This document shows, piece by piece, positions 56,334 through 64,000 of a stretch of DNA of 64,000 bases (positions within the stretch are counted from its first letter, which is position 1; every line of letters begins with the position of its first letter). The translations under genes were made by a program, and so were the position numbers. The notes below the pieces were generated by a model, which was given only the letters and a program-made list of their open reading frames with translations, did not search any database and was not told the DNA's origin. Source of the DNA: Minisyncoccota bacterium (lineage in GTDB: Bacteria; Patescibacteriota; Minisyncoccia; Phycocordibacterales; DATDSR01). The stretch is taken from positions 28,364 to 92,363 of the forward strand of contig DATDVE010000013.1 in NCBI GenBank assembly GCA_036517655.1. Reading direction: 5' to 3'.

Positions 56334-56720
56334 GCGGAGAAGAAAAGATATATACAGCTAAAAGATCTAGAGGTTTATAAACACGCAAGAGAGCTCTCGA
56401 GACTTGGTTGGGAGATGTATAAATCCTTCGACTGGCAGACAAAGAAGGTGATCGGAGATCAATTTATCACAGCAACTGATTCTGTGGGAGCTAATATTGC
56501 AGAAGGCTACAGCCGTTACCATTATCTAGACAGAATAAAGTTTTTCTACAATTCCCGAGGCTCGCTTGCCGAGGCGGCTGACCACTGGTTGGCCATTCTC
56601 CATGAACGAGGTAAAATAGATGATAAGCAACACGAAGCATTTGCTTTGATTGCCAGCAGGGTGTCGTTAAAACTCCAGAACTTCATCAATGCAATATATA
56701 AAACCAAAAACAGCGAGTAA
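56331..56720 (+). CDS. Four-helix-bundle protein (family usually found in 23S rRNA intervening sequences)
   Basis: EVYKHARELSRLGWEMYKSF...IGDQFITATDSVGANIAEGYSRYHY...YNSRGSLAEAADHWLAILHERG matches the TIGR02436-type four-helix-bundle family. Confidence 0.75.
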   Translation: MAEKKRYIQLKDLEVYKHARELSRLGWEMYKSFDWQTKKVIGDQFITATDSVGANIAEGYSRYHYLDRIKFFYNSRGSLAEAADHWLAILHERGKIDDKQHEAFALIASRVSLKLQNFINAIYKTKNSE

Positions 56721-58929
56721 AGTATCTAAGTATCGTAGTATCCCAGTATCTATTAGTATCGGTTTTATTTTCCTAGTATCTATAAGTATCTTGATATCAA
56801 CTAATATCGCCTCCATCGTCTCCGCTTTCACTATTCAAAAGACCCTGCCCACTCAACCCGACCTGCAAAACGGCCTAGTGGGCCACTGGACATTTGATGG
56901 CAAGGATATTTCCGGTACCAGCGCCACAGACCGAAGCGGCAACAACAACACCGGCACCCTCACCAACGGCCCACTTGCCACTGTCGGCAAAATCGGCCAG
57001 GCCCTGAACTTTGATGGGAGTGATGATTATGTAAGTATTGCGGACAATAATTCTCTTGACCTTACATCTGCGGTCACTATTAGCTTATGGTTTAAAGCTG
57101 ATGGGTGGACTGCCGCATACCAAGGGCTCGTTGCGAAAAGAATTGGCAATTCGTCCAATTACGGTTTGAATGTAAGTAGCACAGGAAGTGCATTTCAGTG
57201 GTTCTTCCATGACGGGGATTATCAGATAGTTGATATAAATGCAAGTACCGTTTCTACAGGCCAGTGGCATCATTTTGTGGGGACTTTTAGTGATACTGGC
57301 GATGTAGTGGGGTCTATCTATATTGATGGAACTTTGAAAAAGACAGAAACATTTACGGCTAGAAATCTTGTCGCAAATACCAATACTCTTCGTATCGGTG
57401 AGAGTAATAATCCGGCAAGTGGCCCCGAACATTTCAATGGCTCCGTCGACGACGTGCGCGTGTACAGCCGGGCGCTTAGTGCGGCCGAGATTACTAAACT
57501 GTACAAACTCGGGGCCACCAGTCACGTCAATGTCACCCTCCCCACCCAACCCGACCTGCAATCTGGTCTGGTCGGCCACTGGACGTTTGACGGCAAAGAT
57601 ATGGGCCCGAATGTACTTGATAAATCAGGCAACGCAAACCACGGCAATGCTGTTTACGGCACCACTGGCAATACGAGCACGACTACAGTCGCGGGCCGGA
57701 TCGGCCAGGCACTTGTCTTTGATGGATTTCCTGTGCTCAATGGATTAGCTGACAGCGTTCTTCTCCCTGGTGTTTCAGTGACGGGGACCAGCCATAGCGT
57801 TTCCATGTGGCTCAATGTTACCGGGCTTCCAGCCGACACATACGGTACCCTTTTCAGTGATGCGTTTGGGAACACTGGACTTTATTATTATAACGATGGG
57901 GCGACAGAAAAGATTACTTATTTCTATAGTCTTGCCGATAATTTCGCCTCAACTACAATAAAAGTTGATAACAAGTGGCACCATTTTGCAGCTGTTTCCG
58001 GTACTGGCGGAGTTACTTTCTATGTCGACGGAGTTAGAAGTGGCGCAGTGTTTGGTCAAGTCCCGGATTATTCGGCAACAAGAATCGGAGGTGACATTTT
58101 TAACGATGAGTTTAAGGGTGCCCTCGACGACATCCGTCTCTACAATCGTCCACTTAGCGCGGCAGAAGTAACTAAACTATACAAACTCGGGGCCACCAGC
58201 CACGTCAACACAACCCTCCGCACCCAACCCGATCTGCAAAATGGCCTAGTGGGCCACTGGACATTCGACGGAAAGGACGTGGGGCCGAATGTACTTGATA
58301 AATCAGGCAACGCAAACCACGGCAATGCTGTTTACGGCACCACTGGCAATACGAGCACGACTACTGTGCCAGGCCGCATCGGCCAAGCTTTGAGCTTTGA
58401 TGGCGTGAACGACTATGTTCTGGTAAATAATAGTGCAAGTCTCACTATGACCACTGGTGATATAAGTATGGGAGGGTGGTTATATCGAAATGCGTCATTC
58501 TCGGTCAATCCCAATATCTTCCACAAAAAGAGTGGTACAAATGATATTAATAGTGGATACGCTATGGGAGTATTAAGAAGCACCCATTCATTGGGTGGCC
58601 ACAAGCCAGCTTTCAGTTTCGCCGATGGTACAAATGCCGCTTATTTCTACCCCACATCAATAACATACGCAACACCTTTCAGAAAGTGGGTCCATGCTTT
58701 CGTAGTTTTCAATTCTACTACCGATACGGCGCAAATATATATCAACGGACAACCAGTCGATACAACTAACGTTTATGCCAGCGCGATTGGTTCAGTAACT
58801 AACACCACAGCGCCAAATATAGGCAGGATATCCACATCCTACTTTGGTGGAAATATTGATGATTATCGCGTCTACAGCCGGGCGCTTAGCGCGGGGGAGG
58901 TGAGGAAATTGTATGAGATGGGAAGATAG
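56689..58929 (+). CDS. Secreted protein with three tandem LamG/concanavalin-A-like lectin domains
   Basis: Each about 228-aa repeat begins TQPDLQ.GLVGHWTFDGKD and ends DD.R.Y.RALSA.E..KLY.LG. Start uncertain: the N-terminal hydrophobic segment is encoded by the right inverted repeat and overlaps the four-helix-bundle gene. Confidence 0.65.
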   Translation: MQYIKPKTASKVSKYRSIPVSISIGFIFLVSISILISTNIASIVSAFTIQKTLPTQPDLQNGLVGHWTFDGKDISGTSATDRSGNNNTGTLTNGPLATVGKIGQALNFDGSDDYVSIADNNSLDLTSAVTISLWFKADGWTAAYQGLVAKRIGNSSNYGLNVSSTGSAFQWFFHDGDYQIVDINASTVSTGQWHHFVGTFSDTGDVVGSIYIDGTLKKTETFTARNLVANTNTLRIGESNNPASGPEHFNGSVDDVRVYSRALSAAEITKLYKLGATSHVNVTLPTQPDLQSGLVGHWTFDGKDMGPNVLDKSGNANHGNAVYGTTGNTSTTTVAGRIGQALVFDGFPVLNGLADSVLLPGVSVTGTSHSVSMWLNVTGLPADTYGTLFSDAFGNTGLYYYNDGATEKITYFYSLADNFASTTIKVDNKWHHFAAVSGTGGVTFYVDGVRSGAVFGQVPDYSATRIGGDIFNDEFKGALDDIRLYNRPLSAAEVTKLYKLGATSHVNTTLRTQPDLQNGLVGHWTFDGKDVGPNVLDKSGNANHGNAVYGTTGNTSTTTVPGRIGQALSFDGVNDYVLVNNSASLTMTTGDISMGGWLYRNASFSVNPNIFHKKSGTNDINSGYAMGVLRSTHSLGGHKPAFSFADGTNAAYFYPTSITYATPFRKWVHAFVVFNSTTDTAQIYINGQPVDTTNVYASAIGSVTNTTAPNIGRISTSYFGGNIDDYRVYSRALSAGEVRKLYEMGR
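56721..56815. repeat. Right arm of GATACT-rich inverted repeat
   Basis: AGTATCTAAGTATCGTAGTATCCCAGTATCTATTAGTATCGG...CTAGTATCTATAAGTATCTTGATATC. Confidence 0.6.
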
Positions 58930-59019
58930 GGCGAAATTGGCCATGCTTTTTCATCAAGCCCTGCATAGGTTTATCACATGTCTTGACTAGTTTAAAGTTG
59001 TAGCTTAAACTGGCCATAT

Positions 59020-60246
59020 ATGAAGGGATACATACATAGATACTTGGAATCGGCTGTTTTGAGGATTTCGAAGACATTTCCGGTTCTTTTATTGACCGGA
59101 CCTCGGCAGGTGGGGAAGACTACGCTTCTGCAGTATCTTATTGCGCAAGAAGGGAAAAAGCGCGGGTATGTCAGTTTGGATGATTTTAAAACGCGCACAC
59201 TGGCCAATGAGGATCCGGCGCTGTTTCTCCAGCAAAATCCTTCTCCCTTGCTCATTGATGAAGTTCAATATGCTCCCAAGCTTTTTACCTACATTAAGAT
59301 TGCTGTGGATCGAGATCGCAACAATGGCATGTATTGGCTTACCGGATCGCAGCAATTCCACATGATGAAAGGAGTATCAGAATCACTCGCTGGGCGCGTG
59401 GGCATATTGTCGCTCCTGGGCCTCTCGCAGGCAGAAATTGATGGTATGCCGCAAAAAGAGGAGCCGTGGATGCCAGGCGCCGCTGCCAAAGCAGAGGGTA
59501 CGAGCACCACAGCCATATTCAGTAAAATTATCAAAGGATCGTTTCCCGCGCTTTTTCAGGATCAAGCTCCCAAACTTGACGAATACTATGGCGCTTATCT
59601 CCGTACCTATGTTGATCGCGATGTGCGGGACATCATCAAAGTTACCTCTCTTGCCTCATTTGAAAAATTTGTTTCCGTTTGCGCGGCAAGGACAGCATCA
59701 CTTTTGAATTATTCTGATCTGGCCCGGGATGCCGATATCAGTGTTCCTACCGCAAAAGAGTGGATGAGCATTCTCGAGGCCGGACACCATGTGTTTCTAC
59801 TCCGTCCCTATTATCGTAATCTCACCAAGCGTCTCATCAAGGCCCCAAAGCTTTATTTTCTTGATACCGGACTTGCGGCGTATCTTACAGGCTGGCGCGA
59901 TCCTGGAACGGCACTTCGCGGGGCCTATGCCGGCCAGTTGTTTGAAACATTGATCATCAGTGAGATTATCAAAAGCTATGTGCATCGTGGCAAGGATCCG
60001 CGTTTCTTTTCATATTTTCGAACCAAAGAGCAAGAGGAGGTCGACTTTCTCATTGATCAAAATGGAATACTCACGCCTGTTGAGGTTAAACTTGGAATGC
60101 AAGTGAACAAGGCTGATCTCCGCGGTGTTGAAGCGCTTAAAGCTACCAAGACAAAGGTCGGGCTTGGCGCAGTCATTGCGCCCGTGGAGGCGCCGTATCA
60201 TCTAAACCAAGATGTTATCGTTGAGCCGCCAAGCGCGATTTCATGA
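59020..60246 (+). CDS. AAA+ ATPase with DUF4143 domain
   Basis: Walker A LLLTGPRQVGKTT. 408 aa. Arrangement typical of the DUF4143 ATP-binding protein family. Confidence 0.75.
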   Translation: MKGYIHRYLESAVLRISKTFPVLLLTGPRQVGKTTLLQYLIAQEGKKRGYVSLDDFKTRTLANEDPALFLQQNPSPLLIDEVQYAPKLFTYIKIAVDRDRNNGMYWLTGSQQFHMMKGVSESLAGRVGILSLLGLSQAEIDGMPQKEEPWMPGAAAKAEGTSTTAIFSKIIKGSFPALFQDQAPKLDEYYGAYLRTYVDRDVRDIIKVTSLASFEKFVSVCAARTASLLNYSDLARDADISVPTAKEWMSILEAGHHVFLLRPYYRNLTKRLIKAPKLYFLDTGLAAYLTGWRDPGTALRGAYAGQLFETLIISEIIKSYVHRGKDPRFFSYFRTKEQEEVDFLIDQNGILTPVEVKLGMQVNKADLRGVEALKATKTKVGLGAVIAPVEAPYHLNQDVIVEPPSAIS

Positions 60247-60316
60247 CGACGTGCGCATCTACAACCGGGCGTTGAGTGCGGGGGAGGTATTAAAATTGTA
60301 CGAGATGGGGAGGTAA
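60244..60316 (+). pseudogene. Orphan duplicate of the LamG-protein 3' end (encodes DDVRIYNRALSAGEVLKLYEMGR*)
   Basis: About 78% nt identity to 58853-58929. Begins exactly at the ATPase stop codon. Confidence 0.6.
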
Positions 60317-60344
60317 TTTGACCCTATTTCTTTAATAATATACA

Positions 60345-60956
60345 ATGGAAGGGTGGAGATATCACCTTTCCATCAGACACATGTCCACAGATAATCTCAT
60401 TGCCAAGCTATATCAGTCCCCCAAAACAATCCTAACCACAAAGGATATTGCTTTAACTTGGGGGGAAACTAACCCCATCAATCTTTTCTCAAAGATCAAA
60501 TATTATGCCAAACAAGGATCGCTGATCCGCCTATCTAGGGGGATTTTTGCCAAAGATAAAAATTATAATCCTAAAGAACTAGCCACGAGTATTTATACTC
60601 CATCATACATCAGTTTTGAAACAGTCCTAAGGGAAGCCGGTATAATTTTCCAGTACCACGATTCGATCTTTGTGGCCGGTCCCTATCCCACGATAAAAAA
60701 GTTTGGAGATCAAACGATTACATTTAGGAAATTGAAAGATAGCCTTCTCTATAATGCCAAGGGTGTTAAAAGTGAAAAGAATTACAGCATCGCCACACCG
60801 GAACGAGCCCTCCTCGATACCATGTATTTATCTCCTAAATTTTATTTTGACAATCTGCGACCTATTAACTGGGAGATATGCTTCGAACTTGCAAAAATTT
60901 ATGGCAACAAGCAGTTAATTAAACGAGTCGCAGAATACCAAAAGCATGCTCAATAA
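60345..60956 (+). CDS. AbiEi-family antitoxin/transcriptional regulator (type IV TA)
   Basis: N-terminal wHTH-like region (...GSLIRLSRGIF...) and position immediately upstream of, and overlapping, the AbiEii gene. Confidence 0.65.
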   Translation: MEGWRYHLSIRHMSTDNLIAKLYQSPKTILTTKDIALTWGETNPINLFSKIKYYAKQGSLIRLSRGIFAKDKNYNPKELATSIYTPSYISFETVLREAGIIFQYHDSIFVAGPYPTIKKFGDQTITFRKLKDSLLYNAKGVKSEKNYSIATPERALLDTMYLSPKFYFDNLRPINWEICFELAKIYGNKQLIKRVAEYQKHAQ

Positions 60957-61659
60957 AGAGAAACATCAACTAATCATGGGGCAGATTCTGCGAGATATTT
61001 ACTCGGATACTTCTATCTCATCTTTGCTCGGATTCAAGGGCGGTTCCTGCGCCTACTTTTTCTATGGTCTATCAAGATTTTCTGTCGATCTTGATTTCGA
61101 CCTATTTTCTAGCGACGAAGCTACTCAAAAATTGGTGTATGAAAAAATTGGTAGCATGTTGGGGAGATACGGAGAAATCAAGAATAATTATATAAAACGC
61201 AACACTATTTTTTTCCTGCTCTCATACGGAGACGCAGAGCACAATGTCAAAATTGAAGTTAATGTGAGAATCTTGATGCCCGATCTCAAAGAGCATTACA
61301 AAGTGGAAGAATATCTTGGAATTTCTATGCTTGTGGGCAAAAAGGATTATCTCTTCGCAAGTAAGCTCGCGGCACTCACTGACCGAAGATTGCTTGCTAT
61401 GCGCGATATTTACGATATTTGGTTCTTTGCCAAAAGCAACTGGGATATCGATGCCGAGGTACTCAAGACGAGAACCGGCAAAACTATCAAAGAACGCATG
61501 GCTGATTGCATTGCAGTCATTGAAACGGTTAAAGACAATGAAATTTTGCGAGGACTGGCCGAATTGTTATCGGGCGAAAAAGAAAAGGCGTGGGTCAAAG
61601 TTCACTTAAGAAAAGAGGTTATCTTCCTGCTCAAGAACTACCAGTCGGTATTAAAATAA
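60946..61659 (+). CDS. AbiEii/AbiGii-family nucleotidyltransferase toxin (DUF1814)
   Basis: GFKGGSCAYFFYGLSRFSVDLDFD matches the GG(T/S)...RFSEDLDF signature of AbiEii. Confidence 0.7.
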   Translation: MLNKEKHQLIMGQILRDIYSDTSISSLLGFKGGSCAYFFYGLSRFSVDLDFDLFSSDEATQKLVYEKIGSMLGRYGEIKNNYIKRNTIFFLLSYGDAEHNVKIEVNVRILMPDLKEHYKVEEYLGISMLVGKKDYLFASKLAALTDRRLLAMRDIYDIWFFAKSNWDIDAEVLKTRTGKTIKERMADCIAVIETVKDNEILRGLAELLSGEKEKAWVKVHLRKEVIFLLKNYQSVLK

Positions 61660-61735
61660 AACTTATGATAAAATTACGAGGCAGAACTGCTGCGAACATG
61701 CCTAAAGTATATTGATGGCACTGAAAATTGAATAA

Positions 61736-63289
61736 ATGGAACATTTATTGAAAATCATAACCCTCATATTTGTTTTTTACGTAGCCTTGCCAACTTACGC
61801 CGCTAATCTCGAGAGTACCAATTACAAAATCTATGGCGGTCAAGTTAACGAGATCATCGGAGAACCGGCTTCTACTAACTATAATCTCAATTCTGGTGGC
61901 AATCCGATAGAAGGGGATACTTCAAGCGCTAATTATAAACTACAATCCGGTTCGGCACTTTCTTTTCCCGGCGCAAGCAGTAGTCCCAGCCCATCTCCCA
62001 GCCCCAGCCCTTCACTCAGCTCCGGTTCCGGTGCTAACGGACCGCCTGATATGCCTAATCTCTTTGTTGTCTCGCCAGGCATTCCTTTACTATCGCCTTA
62101 TCTCCCCCCGCTTCACGAACTTCTGCCAAATCTGCCTGACGACTTCCTCACCCCGCCCACTATTCCGGACTATTCTATCGTAACCGAGGCGGATCTCGCC
62201 GAGTTTGCCAATTTGCCTAGTAGTCTGCGCTTACTCACTCGCAAGTTTCCGAGCCTGGCTGGTACTTTTAGGTCTATCGGGGTCAAAGACTTTTCTGACT
62301 TGGATAGACTTTCGCGAGGTACATTTATTTTGCCCGGTTTTGACGAGCTCGATAAGATTCCCACCGAAGTTGTCTTTGCCCGCTCCGGTGATAAGCTGAT
62401 AAATTTCAACACCCAACTAAAGATTGCCAAATCCGGCCTGGTTACCCAGCTCATCCACGTAATCTCTGGTCACCCGGTTAATCTGGCTATCAGGCCAAAC
62501 GGACAAGTGAAGGAGATTACTGGATACCTTGTCCTGCGAGAGAGCAACTTCTCGCAAGACGCCGATGATAGCGAGAATATTTCTATCGATGTTTCAAGTC
62601 TAACTGCGTCACTCATTCTCGCACAAGCGGGGCAAGTGAAAGTTGACACCGGTCCTAAAAAAATCGAGCTAGAACCGGATCCTAATGTGAATGTGAGTGA
62701 TGAGTTCTTGCTAAATAAATTTACATATTCTGATCCGGACGGGGATGGCATATTTACCACTACTATTACCGCGCCATTTGTAGCCTCAACTTATGAAGTT
62801 ATCACTAATATTACTTACGCTGATGGTAGTACCGGTTCATCTGGCATTAGGCTGATCCTAGTAGTTGACCCAGAAGGTTACGTCTATACAGTTAAGGCCG
62901 GCCTTGAGGCGCGCGTGCCGGATGCTGTTGTCACTATCTTCTGGCGTGATCCGCAGGCAAATGATGGGAAAGGGGAATACGTGCCATGGCCGGCTCGCGA
63001 GTACAGCCAGCGCAATCCGCAGGTTACAGAGAAGGCCGGCGAGTATTCATTCCTAGTGCCGCCTGGCGAATACTACTTAACAGTTGCATCTGCTAAGTAT
63101 CACCCGTACACAAGCGAGCCCTTTATTGTCACAGAAGGCTCGGGTGTGCACATGAATATCGAACTTGCGCCGGTCAGATCCTTTGGTCAAATTCTGCTCT
63201 GGATTGGCTTCTTTATTCTATTCCTGCTACTTCTGCTTATTCTCTTGTTCTTGATAAAGCGCAGGAAGCAAAATAATTATTATCAATAG
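61736..63289 (+). CDS. Secreted protein with SP-repeat linker, carboxypeptidase-regulatory-like domain and C-terminal TM anchor
   Basis: Signal peptide. SPSPSPSPSPS linker. YVYTVKAG...YYLTVASAKYHP beta-sandwich. C-terminal ILLWIGFFILFLLLLLILLFLIKRRKQ. Confidence 0.55.
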   Translation: MEHLLKIITLIFVFYVALPTYAANLESTNYKIYGGQVNEIIGEPASTNYNLNSGGNPIEGDTSSANYKLQSGSALSFPGASSSPSPSPSPSPSLSSGSGANGPPDMPNLFVVSPGIPLLSPYLPPLHELLPNLPDDFLTPPTIPDYSIVTEADLAEFANLPSSLRLLTRKFPSLAGTFRSIGVKDFSDLDRLSRGTFILPGFDELDKIPTEVVFARSGDKLINFNTQLKIAKSGLVTQLIHVISGHPVNLAIRPNGQVKEITGYLVLRESNFSQDADDSENISIDVSSLTASLILAQAGQVKVDTGPKKIELEPDPNVNVSDEFLLNKFTYSDPDGDGIFTTTITAPFVASTYEVITNITYADGSTGSSGIRLILVVDPEGYVYTVKAGLEARVPDAVVTIFWRDPQANDGKGEYVPWPAREYSQRNPQVTEKAGEYSFLVPPGEYYLTVASAKYHPYTSEPFIVTEGSGVHMNIELAPVRSFGQILLWIGFFILFLLLLLILLFLIKRRKQNNYYQ

Positions 63290-63326
63290 TTTATTAGTAA
63301 TTTTTAGTCACAATAATTTAAAAGCC

Positions 63327-63725
63327 ATGGAGTCAAACACAAATACAACTAGTCCACATTCTAAGTTCGTCCACTCTGTTCTCGCTGTTGTCGTGCTTGC
63401 GCTCCTGGCTCTCTCTTCCGCCCTTATCTTCCAGTACAAAGATCTGAAAGAGCAGCTATCTGGCACAAACGGGACAGAGTATGCTCCCGAGAACACCCGA
63501 GTCCTGCTCTTTCTGGATGATTTCGTAAACCTTGTGCTTGGTTCAACTACTGAAATCAGCCTTGAAGACAGGTTACGCTTAGAGAATGAAGTACGAGCCT
63601 TGGGGGATAAAGAAATCCTAGCCACTTGGCAGGCCTTCACCGAGGCCCCTGACGATATGGTGGCTCAAGGACAGGTCATCAAGCTCCTGCGCCTTCTGGT
63701 GGCCAAGCTTAAAGAAGCCCAATAG
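63327..63725 (+). CDS. Small membrane-anchored hypothetical protein
   Basis: One TM (VLAVVVLALLALSSALIF) plus a helical C-terminal region. Confidence 0.4.
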   Translation: MESNTNTTSPHSKFVHSVLAVVVLALLALSSALIFQYKDLKEQLSGTNGTEYAPENTRVLLFLDDFVNLVLGSTTEISLEDRLRLENEVRALGDKEILATWQAFTEAPDDMVAQGQVIKLLRLLVAKLKEAQ

Positions 63726-63887
63726 TGGTGCGCGCACCGCGTAGCCCCGCTCGTAGCGGGGCGGAGTGGTGTGGATATCAAAATAGGGCCTAGATCATAA
63801 GGGGAGTATAATTTCCCATAGGTAATTAGCCGTGGCGGGAGGTCGAATACCAGCCTTGGCGCATGCTTTATTAATCAAATTATACTT

Positions 63888-64000
63888 ATGCAAAACGAAC
63901 TAGTAGACACATTGAGCACTTCGCTCAATAACGTCTGGAGCGGGGTAATCGCATTCCTGCCGAAGTTTATCATTGCTCTCATTATCTTTATTATCGGCTG
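63888..64000 (+). CDS. Membrane protein, 3' truncated by window edge
   Basis: ATG at 63888 after a TATACT-like box. MQNELVDTLSTSLNNVWSGVIAFLPKFIIALIIFIIG. Confidence 0.3.
   Translation, partial: MQNELVDTLSTSLNNVWSGVIAFLPKFIIALIIFIIG

Noticed and set aside
1-64000. CRISPR arrays, rRNA, tRNA
   Set aside because: No regularly spaced 25-40-nt direct repeats. No GGTTCGAATCC-type T-loop in intergenic DNA. No rRNA-like conserved stretches seen by eye.

Overview
This window reads as a compact, AT-moderate (about 45% GC) chromosome segment of a Candidate Phyla Radiation (Patescibacteria/Parcubacteria-like) bacterium. Housekeeping genes are mostly on the plus strand: ddl, secE-nusG-rplK, rplJ-rplL, rpsF-ssb-rpsR, efp, recA, ftsK, argS, ileS, glyS, metG, and a thymidylate-synthesis cluster (dut, thyA-family, folA, dCMP deaminase). 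Ribosomal proteins L1 and L9 are absent from their usual positions. There are several giant secreted or surface proteins carrying PA14, PKD, LamG and peptidoglycan-binding-like domains. Toxin-antitoxin, abortive-infection and selfish modules are present: HicB/HicA, AbiEi/AbiEii, a NYN RNase, a DUF4143 AAA ATPase, a four-helix-bundle cassette and an IS200-like Y1 transposase with REP hairpins. The most unusual feature is a family of about 59-bp TA-flanked palindromic MITE-like elements (10-bp TIR TAACTCACCC, internal 24-bp palindrome). Four copies are present. Three sit exactly on stop codons, one is inserted in frame inside ileS, and one composite copy carries a DUF559 (Vsr-like) endonuclease gene as its only cargo. 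IleRS also carries a histidine-phosphatase (PGAM-like) domain inserted between its zinc-finger halves. Five GC-rich (about 58-67%) islands interrupt the backbone; each carries 1-2 genes with its own SD and hairpin terminator. I found no rRNA, tRNA or CRISPR array by eye. All calls come from reading the sequence and ORF translations; no database search was possible.
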